A stretch of 64,000 nt of DNA, taken from the NCBI RefSeq assembly GCF_028641065.1, contig NC_073415.1, positions 11,904,001-11,968,000 of the forward strand, given 5' to 3'. This document shows, piece by piece, positions 20,871 to 35,430 of this stretch (the first letter of the stretch is position 1; the number at the start of each line of letters is the position of its first letter). The notes under the pieces were generated by a model. That model saw nothing but the letters and a program-made list of their open reading frames with translations. It had not been told where the DNA came from and made no database searches. The stretch is from Leucoraja erinacea (taxonomy: Eukaryota). A program made the translations under genes and the position numbers.

Positions 20871-23224
20871 AACTAATGCATCGCTGCCAGCTTGCCCACT
20901 CTGCTGGACATCTGGAATACATTACAGAAAAAAAAAATCAGAAAGGTGCCACCACTTTGGGATTGTACTACAGGCCTCTCAACACCCAGTGGAAGATAGA
21001 GGAAGAGATATCTGGCCAGATGCAAAAGCTCCAGGCTCTTCGTAAAGGACGACTTTAACTTTCCCAAAGCATTCCCGACCGCAGCTTTCTTGGTACAAAA
21101 AGTGTAGATGAGGCAGAATTTATTAGTGGGGTCTGTAGTTGGACTGTGGACTCCACAATGTCTGCAGGCCAAGTGCACGAGGTGTAATGGGAAATGAGTA
21201 GGAAGGAACTAATTGATATCAGAGGGTGGTGAATCTGGAATTCCTTTGCACATAAGGCTGTGGAAGCCAATTCTGACCGACTGAAGCCAGTTGCAGATGG
21301 AGGCCTCGTGGATGGCGGTGTCATGGCCAGAGCATGGACTCTGCTCCTGACACAGCTGTAAGAATAACAAAATTAGGAAGCGTGGCAGTCAGTAGTGGGG
21401 ACTCCAGGTGTGGCTGAAACTGGGATTTTGGTTCCTCCCCTCCCCAGCATCTTCTGAACCAATGCCCAATCACCCATTTGCCTCATTTCCCAACTCCACC
21501 CCTCCCTGCCTCACCTGACTCCTTCTGCCTATCATCCCTCATCCTCCATGGTCCAATTATCATCTAGTGGCCCCTTGTCTCACCCCTCACTCTTTATACC
21601 GACTTTCTCCCTTCACCCTAATGCAGGATCAAACCCAAAATGCAATCCCCACAAATGCTGTCCGACCTGCCGTGTTGCTCCAGCAGTTTGTGTTGTGCAC
21701 CAGATTCCAACATGTACAGATGTTTGTGCATTATAACAGCACTGTTGAAGAATAAGAATGTTCTTCCTTCCAATTCTCAGAAATATACAAAATTCCACAA
21801 GGACTGGACAGTTTAGATGCGGGAAGAATGTCTGCGTGGCTGGTGATTCTAGAGCAGGGGTCCTGCCTTTTGGGATAGCGGGACTCTATTTACGAAGGAA
21901 TGAGAAGTTTCTTCTTCCAGACAGCGTTGAACCCCTGGAATCCTCTCCTAAAATACTAAATGTATTCCAAACAAAGATGGAGGGCTTGAGGGAGAAAGCT
22001 GGAACTGGGCAGTGAGCTTTGATCATGTTAAACTGTGCAGCAGCTCCAAGCCCACTCCAGGTCCATGTTTCTGTTTCCAGGACTTGACTTTGTTTTGGAG
22101 CCTTTTCACCATGTTAATTATCTGATGCATGTGTAACAGCCACAGTACTTCAGTGTGAGGCACTTAATTTTAAAGGTATCTCAATCTCCGTTCCAGGTAA
22201 GTTGCCAGAGTGGTGATAGTTTGTGTGCTCTTTATGAGGCATGTTGGCAACTACGAGGATGCAGTTGCTGGTACCTGGACCTGGTTAATCTGGGGATTTA
22301 TCAAGTTGCACATGAGGTGCTCAGCCGGACTTTGGTGTAGGTACTGCAACTGTGAAGTGCCACTGTTTGTGCAATTAGATTCTTGCTGAGAACAAAACTG
22401 GACTTTCAAGCCTCAGAGATCACAGGAGTGTGACGTGGGAAAGATGTCCACAATGTAGTTAAAATGCAGCTGAGTAAGTGAAGGGAAGGCAGCTGTAGAA
22501 AGGGAATGGTGATGCTGTGAATCGCTGAGAAATGAGACGGAGCCTTGTGGCTTTTTTGGAATATACCTGAATATTATTTGATTGTGGGATATTTGCTTAA
22601 AGCCAGCATGCTCCTTGTTTGTGGTGGAATTGGTATTTCATCAGCAGAGGATCAGCACTTGGGCTTTCCTGGAGTTGTGAAAGATGCAGGGCACACGGGG
22701 CTCTCAAGCGACAACTCCTCTGATGAACATTTGTGCTCATTTGCTCTTGTGAGTGACGCAAACTTGTTGCTCGGTGATCTCTATCCTTTACTCTGAAGTT
22801 CCCTATCCTGAACACATAGTGGAATTCCCTGCCTATGTGCTGAATGCAGATATTTAACAATAGGTTTAAGGAAAGTAAAAATACTTGGCCAGGCCAATGG
22901 GCCTTTATGCTCATGTTAAGACTACATTTTAAAATACTTTGGGTTTAAATCGTACAAAATGGCGCTGGAAATTTGACAATCCTGTACTGTGTGTGATCTT
23001 GTTTACGATACACTCTTGTGATTGAGTATGTTGTGTCTGTGTATAATAAGGTTTGGACTGAACTGTATATACCCAGGTATTTCACTATACCCAGGTACAT
23101 GTGACAAAGTAGCATTAAACCTTGACCCTCAGTCCATTGACTCTCACAATCGAACTGCTGCAGAAACATTATTTACAAGGGAAAAAGAACAGATTTTGAC
23201 CCATAACTCTTCCTGTCCTTGTAG

Positions 23225-23341
23225 ATCGACACTTTTATGAGGAGAACATACCATTTACATGTTTGGACGGCTCCAAGACTATTCCATTCCACGAGGTGAA
23301 CGATGATTACTGTGACTGCAGAGACGGCTCAGATGAACCAG
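23225..23341 (+). CDS. PRKCSH: PRKCSH coding exon 2
   Basis: [39 protein letters not shown] (LDLa-like); 117 nt. Confidence 0.96.
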
Positions 23342-23551
23342 GTTAGTGCTGCCTCTTTGCCTCTTGCGGCACCTCCTGGTGGCGCATCGTATTATTGCAG
23401 GTAGCATCTGAGACCCACAGCCTGACATTTGCACACAAAACATGTCCAGTGGATAATTGAAGTGTCCTTGGTCATCAATTATTAACCCTAAAAAACGACA
23501 CAAACAGCTGGAGTAGCTCTGCGGGACGGGAACGGGATGGTAAGTTTGAGT

Positions 23552-23580
23552 CTGAAGAAGGGTCTTGACCCGAAACGTCA
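23552..23580 (+). ncRNA. Minimal type-I hammerhead-ribozyme-like core
   Basis: CTGAAGA-A-GGGTC(TT)GACCC-GAAAC-GTC-A: boxes CUGAnGA and GAAA, 5-bp stem II, palindromic ACGT stem III, GUC triplet; stem I is short. Confidence 0.5.
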
Positions 23581-24649
23581 CCCATTCCTTCTCTCCAGAG
23601 ATAGACACAAAATGCTGGAGTAACTGCGGGACAGGCAGCATCACTGGAGAGAAGGAATGGGTGACGTTTTGGGTCGAGACCCTTCAGATGCTTTAGTTGC
23701 ACTTTTCTCCTGAGGGTTTCATGAGAACAAACTTTATTCCATACCTTAAATTTCTGAATTCTGTGAAAGAGAATTTCCTTTTCTCGAACTGCTGTAATGA
23801 GGCCTATTGTTAATGGACAGGAACGCAGGCATTTTCCAAGGCCAGTACGCTATAACCATATAACCATATAACAATTACAGCACGGAAACATGGCCCACGG
23901 AGAATGAAATTCCAAATAGTGATTGGAATTTCTGTAAATAATTTTTTGACCAAGTTCTGTGCACTTGCCTGTTTCATTCTCCGTGGGCCATTGTGGAGTT
24001 AATTTCTAAAACATCCGAGGGCTGAGACAGTAAGTGCCAGATTTGCAAACATTGATCCGATGTCTGGTGAAATATATTTACCAGGTAAAGCAGCATCAAT
24101 GATCTTTCCAGAAAACCTAACAACTAGTATTAGTTTAAGTTCACTGAGTTTGGGGCAAATGATTTCACAAAAATTTGCAGCTGGGCGACATGTGAAACTT
24201 AAGATTCACATTTAAGTAATCGTGGCATGTCATGTAATTTTAAAATAGTTTTTTAAATTGCAGCTTGAATTGTCTCAGGTTCTCTCCAGACGTGCTATCT
24301 TTAAACCTGTTTCTGGTGATCTTTCAAGTGTTGTTTGCAGATTTATTTTTGGCCAGAAGTCTGAATGTAAGACTGTCGCTTACTTTCAAGTGCAAATTTA
24401 ATTTGCCTGCAGATTTGTTAATGTATCTGATATTAAACCTGCCTGTTCCTTGTGGCGCGGTCGATAGTTGTGTGATAGAACTGTGAGTCTCCTCTGTCTT
24501 ACAGTGTGGATGCTGGTTAAAACACAAAAGGGACAAATTGCTGGAGTAACTCAGCGGGTCAGGCAGCATCCCTGGAGAACTTTGATGTGATGTTTCAGGT
24601 TGAGACCCTTTTTTCGTCTGAAGGGTCTCGACACAAAATGTCCATTATT

Positions 24650-24992
24650 CATGTTCTCCACAGATGCTGCCTAACCCGCTGAGTTATCCATGTTCTCCAC
24701 AGATGCTCCAGCATTACTCCAGCACTCTGAAACGTCACCTATCCATGTTCTCCACAGATGCTGCCTGACCCGCTGAGTTACTCCAGCACTCGGTGAAACG
24801 TCACCTATCCCCATTCTCCACAGATGCTGCCTGTCGCTGAGTTACTCCAGCACTCTGTGAAACGTCACCTATCCATGTTCTCCACAGATGCTGCCTGACC
24901 CGCTGAGTTACTCCAGCACTCTGTGAAACGTCACCTATCCATGTTCTCCACAGATGCTACCTGACCCACTGAGTTACTCCAGCACTCTGTCC
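24650..24992. repeat. ~64-bp tandem array, same unit as at 11.2 kb and 52 kb
   Basis: ~5 units read directly. Confidence 0.9.
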
Positions 24993-25147
24993 TAATATCG
25001 GTTTGGCCAGTCAATCACTTGGTCAACAGTCTCTGTGTCCCCAGCTCCTGCATAGTCTTCCCCCTCTGCTGGTCACACGGGAAAGCTCGCTGAGGTACTT
25101 GCATGAAGGTCGCCGTGGAAATGCCTGATCTTCTTTCTTTTTGCCAG

Positions 25148-25243
25148 GAACATCGGCCTGTCCAAACGGCAGCTACCACTGCTCAAACGCTGGCCACAGA
25201 TCTGAGTACATTCCCTCTTCCCATGTGAATGATGGCATTTGCG
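25148..25243 (+). CDS. PRKCSH: PRKCSH coding exon 3
   Basis: [32 protein letters not shown]; 96 nt; GTAAGT donor. Confidence 0.95.
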
Positions 25244-26029
25244 GTAAGTTCTTGTGCCAGGCTTGGCCAGTAATGGAACCAACTTGATCTTGGGAATGGG
25301 CTAAACTGAACCATCCTACCACAGCTAGAGAGCAATCCTAAACTACTATCTACCTCATTGGTGACCCTCGGACTATCCTTGATCGGACTTTACTGGCACT
25401 AAACATTATTCCTTTATCATGCATCTGTAAATACACTGTAAACGGTTCGATTGTAATCCTGGATTGTCTTTCCACTGACTGGTTAGCACACAACAAAAGC
25501 TTTTCACTGTACATCGTACGTGACAATAAACAAAATAACTGAACTCGCATCCTGTAATCGATGACGTTTTGCATATTTTTCCCCATCAAATAGAATTCAG
25601 TTACAGAACTCAGTAAAAATATATTTATTTTCATTTTACTGCTATCTTGCATCAGCCTCTCCCTTCATTGCACCATGTGGCATATAGCCAGCATGTTGGG
25701 GCAGTCACTGGGTCCAGGTCACCTCAATGATTATTCACTGCAGGATGAAGTAGTTCTGGCAACTTCCACAACTTTAGCTGCTGCTTGAGCTGCTGCCAGC
25801 AGAGTTGGCTGCTGGCTTGTGAACTGTCTGTAGGAGTTGCAGCAGCAGGCAATGTGGGGTCCTGGTGACCAGGGAGATGCTGCTTGAAACCTGTCTTCAT
25901 AAGTGATAGGAGCAGTACAAGGCCATTCGGCCCATCACGTTTACTCCACCATTCAATCATGGCTGATCTACCTTTCCCTCTCAACCCCATTCTCCTGCCT
26001 TCTCCCCATAACCACTGTCATCGCGCAAG

Positions 26030-26305
26030 GGCAGCGCGGTGACGCAGTGGTAGAGTTCCTGCCTCACAGCGCCAGAGACCCGGGTTCGATCCTGACTACG
26101 GCTGTTGTCTGTATAGAGTTTGCATGTTCTCCCCGTGACCTGCATGGGTTTTCTCAGCGATCTTTGGTTTCATCCCACACTCCAAAGACGTGCAGGTTTG
26201 TAGGTTAATTAGCTTGGTATAAAATGTAAATTGTCCTTGGTGTGGTGTGCAGGATAGTGTTAATGTGCGGACTTGGTGGGCTGAAGGGCCTGTTTCTAAA
26301 CTAAA
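26030..26305 (+). mobile_element. HE1/V-SINE-like element
   Basis: GCAGTGGTAGAGTT...GGTTCGATCC, core and tail. Confidence 0.85.
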
Positions 26306-27387
26306 CCCCTGACTTGGCTTCGGCCAGTCAACCTTTGTCGCACATTGAAGCTTGCTACTCGCCCGGAGTCATCCATTAATCTTCCCTGTTTTCTAAACAC
26401 TTTTTCTTTCTTTTTTTATGCAATATGTGTGCCTGATTGGGAGATTAAAATATTCCAATTTTTTTTTTTAACTGCTGCCAGTTTTAAGTTTAGTTTATTA
26501 TCATTGTCACGTTTATCAAGGTACAAGTTATTTGTTGCGTGCTATGCAGTCACAATAAAGACTACGTGATTACAACCAATCCGTTAACGGTACAGATGAG
26601 GATAAGTTGTCCATTCCAACCTTTCCAACGTCAATATAATTGTATAAGATGTCTCCTGCCAACTGTACATGAATGTAGGATTGGGTTACAGACCTGAAAT
26701 CCTAGTTTCAATCTACACATTGGGTTACTAATATTTATAAAGAAATATTAATTCAGTTCCAGATTTTGATTCTTCAGTTAACAACTTTTCCTGGGACTCA
26801 AAGGTTTATTTGTAGATGTAGAAAGCCAGAACCTTGTTCCCTGGTTGGATATGTCAAATACCAGAGGGGGCATCACTTCACGGAGAGAAGGGAAAGTTTA
26901 AAGGAGACATGAACTTAGAACGTAGAACAGGAAGAGGCCCTTTGGTCCACAATGTCCCAGCCAAACCTGTGTCTCTGGCGCTGTGAGACAGCAGCACTAC
27001 CTGCTGGGCCACCGTGCCTTTCCCTCTTCTCCCCATTACACTTTAACCTCGCCTCTTCCACATTCTTCATTCCCTTTATCTTGAGTCCACAGGCTGGGCT
27101 CTGAATTCTGCTCTCACTGTCCTAGTGTGAGAGAGAAATATTACCATTCCTTGAGAGTAGTATTTGGGAATAGTTGTGTGCTCTCGTCTGAATCTGAATT
27201 GTCCGAGTGAATGGATGTGACTCCGATCTGGTTTCAGTCGATGTGAAGCCCTTTCTAGAAATTTGACAGTAAACTGTGGGAGACTTGACATAAGTTGCCG
27301 TGGTTACTGCACGGTGTGGACCACTGCGTGATTACCCTGCCTGTTGTCATTGTGCGAGTGTACATTGTTCTGTTATCACCTCTACAG

Positions 27388-27445
27388 ATTGCTGTGACAC
27401 TACAGACGAGTATAACAGTGGAGCTACGTGTCTCAACACCTGCAA
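27388..27445 (+). CDS. PRKCSH: PRKCSH coding exon 4
   Basis: DCCDTTDEYNSGATCLNTCK; GTAAGT donor. Confidence 0.95.
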
Positions 27446-29154
27446 GTAAGTAAGACCCAGGTGAACCTTTATTGTCAGTGAATGCATGAAGGGTGGGAGA
27501 ATATAAATGGTATGTTTATTGTTGCGTGAAGATTAGTGTTTATGCAACAAACACCATGTTTTTGTGAATGATTGTGGACTTGGCTCATACCTCCCGTAGC
27601 TCTGGCTGTGACTTGCTTTTGTTCCTGAAAAGATCAAGATAGTAACCCCCCCTCTCTGTCCTATCCTTACTGCTCCTATTGGCTGCCCCTATGATTGTCA
27701 CATTTCAAACTTGGTCTGAATTGCAGATGTGTATTGAACATCTGTCATTAAGCCGGGTGATTATTCTGGGATATCAGCCAATGACTTATTCTTTCTGTCT
27801 ATTTGAGTTGAGCTTCCACAGAAACTCCAGTAGGGGTTGTTTGTTTAGTTTTAGTTTAGTTTTAGTTTAGAGATACAGTGTGGGAGCAGGTCCTTTGTCC
27901 CGTAGAGTCCATGCTGACTAATGATCACTCGTACTCTAGTTTTGCATCCTACAAACTAGGGGCAATTTACAGAAGGCATTTAACCTACACGTCTTTGGAA
28001 TGTGGGGAAATCCAGAGAAAACCCACGCAGGTCATGGCTGTGCCACCATGCTGACCAAAAGCTTGACCTCCAAGGTGTAGGTTGCCATGGAGGTTACAGC
28101 ACGGAAGCAGCCCCTTTTGCCCACTGAGTCCGTGCCCACCGTCAAGCCCACAGTTACACCAATCCCACTCTCCCCATGTTCTCCTCATCTGCCCCAGGGT
28201 TGCCCACACACTTGAGGGATGTGCCTACACCGTCTTTGAGATGTGGGAGGAAACTAAAGTACCTGGGGGAACCCACGCAGCCACAGGGAGAACTTGCAGA
28301 CTTCACACGGACAGCACCTGAGGTCAGGATTGAACCAGCGACGGTGGGAGCTGTGATGCAGCTGCTTTACCTGCTGTTCCATTCCGTCACTCTGACGGGG
28401 AATGTGTGGACCAGATGTTCAAATGCTAAGTAACGCTCAATCTCTGACTGATGACCAGGGCACAATGGTGTGGAGGTCAGAAAATAGTCTGCTCGGCTAC
28501 TGAACATGATGGCTGCTCACGGCTCAGTCCAGGTGTCAGTGCTGTCTGTGTGGAGTTTGTTTGTTCTTGGATATTATGATTCATATAGCATGGAAACAGG
28601 TCCTCCAGCCAACTTGCTGACCAAGATGACCCATGTCCACTAGTCCCACTGACCTGTGTTTGGCCTTTATCACTCTACACACATCCTATCCATATTCCTG
28701 TCCACATGAGTTTCTTCTGGGTCTTCCAGTTTATTCCACATCCCAAAGACCTGCTGGCTGGGTAATTGGCCTCTAAACGATTCTGATGTTTTGGGAAATA
28801 GGTTAAAACATTCAAGGGAGAATTGTTGGTCATGAGAGAGGAAGTCTTTGCGGAAATGGGGAGAGGAATTGATTAGTACGGGTGTCAGGGGTTATGGGAA
28901 GAAGGCCAGAGAATGGGGTTAGGAGAGAGAGATCGATCAGTCACGATTGAATGTCGGAGTAGACTTGTTGGGCCGAATGGCCTAATTCTGCTCCATTCGC
29001 TTAAGATGTTGTGGAATCACAGCAACACTCTGGACAGAGTGGGGAGGTTAAGCCCACCAGGACTGGCACTGATGAGATATCCCCAAGTGACCTGGGTCGG
29101 AGTAAGGGCATCTCCCGCCCGGGATGTGGAGTAATGTGCAATGTCTCAATGCAG

Positions 29155-29272
29155 GGAGCAAGGACGGAAGGAGAGAGAGAACATGCAGAAAATGGCAGAA
29201 ATGGCCAAAGAGGGATTCAAGCTGAAACAACAGCTCATTGAAGACGCAAAGAAAAGCAGAGAAGACAAACAG
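29155..29272 (+). CDS. PRKCSH: PRKCSH coding exon 5
   Basis: EQGRKERENMQKMAEMAKEGFKLKQQLIEDAKKSREDKQ. Confidence 0.95.
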
Positions 29273-31037
29273 GTTTGCCACCTAGAATCCCACATCTGTA
29301 CCTAATAAATACTGGCTGAGACACAAAAAGCTGGAGTAACTCAACGGTACAGGCAGCTTCTCTGGAGAGAAGGAATGGGTGAAGTTGCGGATCGACACCC
29401 TTCAAACTTAGAAGGGTCTTGACCCGAAATGTCACCTTTCTTTCTCTCCCGACATGCTGCTTGTCCCGCTGATTTACTACCTGAGTACTTTACTCTAGCC
29501 TCTACTTCTAGACTCTCCCACTAGTGGAAACGTTCTCCCCACATCCACTCTATCCAAGCCTTTCACTATTCTGTATGTTTCAATGAGGTCCCTTCTCATT
29601 CTTCTGAACTCCAGTGAGTACAGGCCAAGTGTCGCCAAACACTCATCATAGGTGGGAACACAATGAATTGTTCTCATGGGTGTAAAATGTCATCAACAAC
29701 CCTGTACAGATTTAAAAAGTCTTGCGCTTTCCCTCTCTCTTTGCCTGGATCAATAGTTGAGACAAGTTGGAGGATGATTAGCTGCCCTGTAAGTAAACAA
29801 CTTATAATTTATTTCTGCTGCTTTTCTGGGAATAGCTGTGGGATCTTTCTTCTCGCCATCTGAGTAAAACTCAGTCAGTGTTGTGTTGAGGCACTGGCCC
29901 GCTGCTGTGGGATGGGAGAATTTCCCAGACTCTGGGATGTTATTCTTCACTCATGTCCCGATGCTTCTTAGATGTTGCTCAGTATTATAAACTTGCAGGT
30001 AATGCTGGAACTAGACCGCAGCAAGTTTACCAGGTGCCAAACCAGGAAATATCTCTGGTAGTGGATTATTGGAGTTGTGCTGTGTAACTAGACTGATCAA
30101 AGGGAGTTTGTCTTCTATTTGAAAGATGAACCCTGGGCACTCTGACTGAACCCTGGGCACTCTGACTGACCTGAAGGGATGAACCCTGGGCACTCTGACC
30201 TGAAGGGATGAACCCTGGGCAGTGTGGATGTTTCTCAGCCATGGGCTTCCACCACATAGTGAGCTCCAGTGGCAGAGGGAGTAAGGGAGGGGCTTTACCT
30301 GTCCTCATGCCGTCAATAGCTCTCGCATTTACACAGTGTATTTCTCATCCTTTCGTATCTGAAATCCCCCTGTCCAAAAAAACAAAAACGCTCTCAAACA
30401 GCAAGGGGAGAGAGTTGGTGTATTCTGGTGATAACTAATGTTGGCCCGAACACCAGGAGATATTCATGCAAGAGCCAGGATAATAGACAGGATCTCACCT
30501 ATGTGTCAGAGTCCAAACAGTTTGATTCTTTAGGTTCACGTTGGGTTGGGTTGGGATTAGTTTGTAATTTTGTTCACCGCCAACCACTGCCACCTTGCCT
30601 TCTGTCAAAGTAGTGCCCGGGGATCTTTAATGTTTATCTTCAGAGAAAGGTGTGAGGCATGTTGTCAAAACACACTGCAAGGACTGCCTTGTGTACAGTC
30701 CCTGTGGGTAACAGACCCTGCAAGGGCAGCCTTGTGCAGAGGCCCTTCGGCGAACTGAGTCCATGCCAACAAGCGATCCCTGTGCACTTACACTAACCTG
30801 CACACACAAGACGATTTACAATTTTACCAATTAGTCTGCATGTCTTTGTAGTGTTGGAGGAAACCGGAGCACCCGGAGAAAAACCATGCGGCCACTGGGA
30901 GAATGTACAAACTCCGTACAGACAGCATTCGTAGTCGGGATCGGACCCAGTTCTCCGGCGCTGAGGCAGCAACTCTACAGCTGCACCATCTTTGCCCCTC
31001 ATGGTAAAGGTGTTGGTTTCACCTTGTGTTTCCACAG

Positions 31038-31167
31038 CTAAAGCTGGCCGAGCTGCAGAAGGAGAAGGCTAACTGGGAGATACAGGTGGAGTCTTTGAGA
31101 ACGGTGAAGGAAGCTGCAGAGAAGCCAGAGCAGGAGGCTAAAGATACACACAAGAACGCCTGGGATG
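31038..31167 (+). CDS. PRKCSH: PRKCSH coding exon 6
   Basis: LKLAELQKEKANWEIQVESLRTVKEAAEKPEQEAKDTHKNAWD. Confidence 0.95.
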
Positions 31168-34100
31168 GTAATCTCTAATTCTCAGCACTGAATGGATAAT
31201 TACTGCGCTGTGTGATCATGGGATGATAGTGAGCTTGACAGTGGATCTGTTAATGTGCTTGTGGTTAATCCCAGCTGTGGTAATATCGCACAGAAGCACT
31301 GTGTGCTGACCAGTCCAATCCAGCCCAGTGTGTGGTTTGTAGATCCTATTGTAGACCTCTGACACACCATGCATGTGAACAAATACTCAATATTTAAACA
31401 TTGCAGCACATCTGATTTAGATTAGATTATTTTCATGTACTTTAATTTAACTTTGATTTGAAAGCAGCATGAAAATGATAGCAAATCATAACATTTTGAT
31501 TCGCAGTATTGCAGTAAATAATTTGCAGTAGAAGCCATTGACTGAGGTCCATCAACATTAATCTTTGACAGATATTTTCCGCACCCACTAGCACAGCTCC
31601 GATACTAAATATAACTGAATCCTACAGAATCTGGATACCTAATGTAAACTAGTAAATGCTGAAGACACTCAACAGGTCAGGCAGCAACTGTGGAGCAAGG
31701 ATGAGTTGATGTTTCAGTTCTGATCTAGTGCCTTCAAATGGAACCATTACATTATCCCCTAACCCAAACCTACAGTGCTTGATCTGGGTGTTGCATAGAG
31801 TCATTTTAGTGAGTGTTTTACTGAGTCGTACAGAATGGAAACAGGCCCTTTGGCCCAAGTTATTCTTGCTGACCAAGATGCCAAATTAAGCCCATGTTTG
31901 GCCCATATACCTCGACTTTTCCTAAACATATACTTGTCCATAGTAATCTTCTAAAGTGGTTAGGAGGGATATGGGCCAAATGCAGGCAGGTGTTGGTCGA
32001 CCTGCCCATTAAACAGGAATTGCTGGAAATAGAGTGGCAGTCATACAGCACAGAAACAGGCCCTTTGGCCCAACTTGCACATGCTGGCCAACATGCCCCA
32101 TCTACTCCAGTCCCACCTACCCATAATCTGGGGTAGATTTTTCCATTTCCTTCCTAAGCTGAACCACGTTCGACTTTTATATCAGCTAATGTCCAGCTGA
32201 GGTGAATCGCCACCAGCAAGAATTCTGCCATTTTCTAGTTTATCTGACTTAATATTTCTTACTTTTATCCACAATGACTTTGGTGGACAAAGGTTCCAAA
32301 ATCTAAAGGCACCAAAAGCCGGGGATGTGTCAATTGCAGCAGCAGCAGGAAGTTGCAGGCACCTTGCATTTTACACGGGGGTTATGTGCTTGTAAAGCAG
32401 ACTGTAATTCCAAACGCTTAAATTAAACATATACGACGATGACTCTGTCGGCAGTAAATTTGAGAGCATTATTCCCAAAATACCAGCGTGTAAATCAAGC
32501 CTTGGTATTAAAGGAACAAGCATGTTATTTAATAAATGCATAAATCAAAAGGGCATGAAATGCGAGGTGCCTTTATGATGCAGCAGGCTGTGCTTTCTTT
32601 ACTCGGGGAAATTTACCTTATCCTCATTCAATGACAATCTCCCACCGAACATGGGCCACATAATGATGTTCAAGGCCAAGATTTGCTTGAGGTCTATCGG
32701 AGTGTCAGGGATAATTGGGATCATGACCTGATCGATCTGAAAGGTCTGTGGCCCATGTTTACGTTATCCATGATCATCTGGACATGCGGGGCCATCTCCA
32801 GGGGCTGTTTGGCCAAATCGGTGCTTTTTCCCCCTTATGTTTTAATTTCTGGGGTTGTAAGGAACTGATATGATTATTGAGCCAGTTGTGGAGGGCAGTG
32901 GAGGCCAAATCACTGGATGAATTTAAGAGAGAGATAGATACAGCTCTAGGGGCTAGTGGAATCAAGGGATATGGGGAGAAGGCAGGCACGGGTTATTGAT
33001 TTCGGACAATCAGCCATGATCACAATGAATGGTGGTGCTGGCTCGAAGGGCCGAATGGCCTCCTCCTGCACCTATTTTCTATGTTTCTATAAATTATAAT
33101 GGCGAAGTTTCAGTTCCGTTTAGTTTATTGTCATGTGTATCGAGGACAGGGAGAAGCTTTTGTTGCGTGCTATCCAATGGAGCTATTCACAGTGTACATG
33201 ATTACAATGGAGCTATTCACAGTGTACTGATACATGATAAGGGAATAACGTTTAGTGCAAGGTCAACGGAAGACAATAGGTGCAGGAGGAGGCCATTCGG
33301 CCCTTCGAGCCAGCACCGCCATTCAATGTGATCATGGCTGATCATCCACAATCAGTACCCCGTTCCTGCCTTCTCCCCATATCCCCTGACTCCACTATCT
33401 TTAAGAGCCCCATCTAGCTCTCTCTTGGAAAGTATCTAGAGAACCGGCCTCCACCGCCTTCTGAGGCAGAGAATTCCACAGACTCACCACTCTGTGTGAA
33501 GATCGTCCCTGGGTCACCACTGAGGTAGATTGCAGTTCAGCACTGCTCTCTGGTTGTGGTTGGATGGTTCAATTGCCTGATAACAACGGGGAAGAAACTC
33601 TGGGATCTGTCCCAAAAGCAGGCTCCTCTTACACTGTGTCCCCACATGGTGGAGCCAAACTCCACATTTTGCTCTTGCTAAACGCTACTGTCCAAAATAT
33701 TATCTCCCTTTCCCTCTTTATTTTAGCGTTGCTTAGTGCCAGTCCCTTTGAGAACTTGCTTGGCAGAATATGTTGCCTTGATCTTCACAGGATGAATAAA
33801 AAATGAGTTCATTTCAGTTACATAATCCTGCGGTTTACTGCTTATCTTGAGAGATTGGTGTTGTGTTCTGTTATCTTTGAGTTGGATAGAAATGCCTTCT
33901 GCTGCATTGAAGATAAAACCTGCTGCCATACAGTTTTACAAAGTACATCAACGCCCAAGATCAAAACAATATTTCATTTGGTTTTTAAAAAGTAGGCACA
34001 TTAAAGTTTAATTTGCCAGCAAATAGTGTACAATAGTACAATGTCCTCCAGGTTAGATGCCTGGTTTCTCCATGCTTTGACCAAGGTGCCTGAGCACAGG

Positions 34101-34389
34101 AGCCTGTAACACACACCCATCCGTTGTTGGAGAATGGTGCAGTGTAACAGGAACATGTGGAGGTGGTGTATGATTCAGTTGCAAGGTTATTGTTTCATGG
34201 CCACAATAAAAGCAGCTAGAGTTATGAATGTGGCGATTTGCTTTGTACTTCAGTCTTGTGTTTGGCGAGTGGCAATAACTTGCAGGCTCGTGAAACGGCA
34301 GGTTGTCTTCATTGCAAAGGTGGGAATGATCCTGCACATGCCTGGATGATGAACGTGTGTTGTGGGTTAGTGGTCAGTAACACAAGTGG

Positions 34390-35430
34390 GGCATGGAATA
34401 TAACAGCCAGGAAGTCATGGTGCAGCTGTACAAAATCTACGGCCTCATTTGGATTACTACGCAGTACTGGTCGCCCCATTACAGGAATATTGTGGAGGCT
34501 TTGGGGGTGATGCAGAAGTTATTTACTGGGATGCTGCCATCATTTGGAGGTATTGGATACCAGGAGAGATTGGCTAAACTGGGATTGTTTTCCCTGGATC
34601 GCCAGAGGGTGAGGGGACGTCAGGAAGAAGTGGCATAGAGAGAGTAGATGGTCATTATCTTTTTCCCTAGGGTGGGAATATTAAAGACGAGAGGCCTTAG
34701 CATTAAGGTGAAAGGGGCTGAATTTAAAGATGTGTGGAGCAAGTTTACTTTTGAATTGTGATTGGTGCCTTTAAGGTGCTGCCGAAGGTGGTGGTGGAGG
34801 TAGATATGATTATTGGTGTGAAAGTGGCTTTTAGACGGGCATGTGGACATGCAGGGAATTGGAGGTATATGGATCACGTGCAGACAGCAGTGGTTGGTTT
34901 AACATGGCATTGTGTTTAGTACAGACTGTGGGCTGAAAGGCCTGTTCCTGTGTTGCACAGTTCTATGTATACCACTGACAGGATGTTGCCAGGACTAGTG
35001 GGTGTGAGCTCCAGGGAGAGGTCGAGTAGACTGGGTCTCTAGTCCTTAGAGCGCAGGAGGATGAGGGGTGATCTTATAGAGGTGTAGAAAATCATGAGAG
35101 GAATAGATTGGGTAGATAAGCATAGTCTCTTGCCCAGAGTAGGGGAATTGAGGACCAGAGGACATGGATTTAAGTGAAGGGAAAAAGATTTAATAGGAAT
35201 CTAAGGGGTAACTGTTTCACGTGAAGGGTAGTGGGTGTATGGAATAAGCTGCCAGAGGAGGTAGTTGAGGCTGGGACTATCCCAACGTTTAAGAAACAGT
35301 TACGTACATGGGTAGGACAGGTTTGAAGGGATATGGACCAAACACAGGCAGGTGGAACTAGTGTAGCTGGGACATGTTGGCCAATGTGGGCAAGTTGGGC
35401 CGAAGGGCCTGTTTCCATACTATCACTATG
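34390..35430 (+). mobile_element. Two adjacent degenerate CR1-like 3' fragments
   Basis: YWSPHYR...YQERLAKLGLFSL motifs, followed by a second RRMRGDLIEV-type fragment with 3' UTR. Confidence 0.7.
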
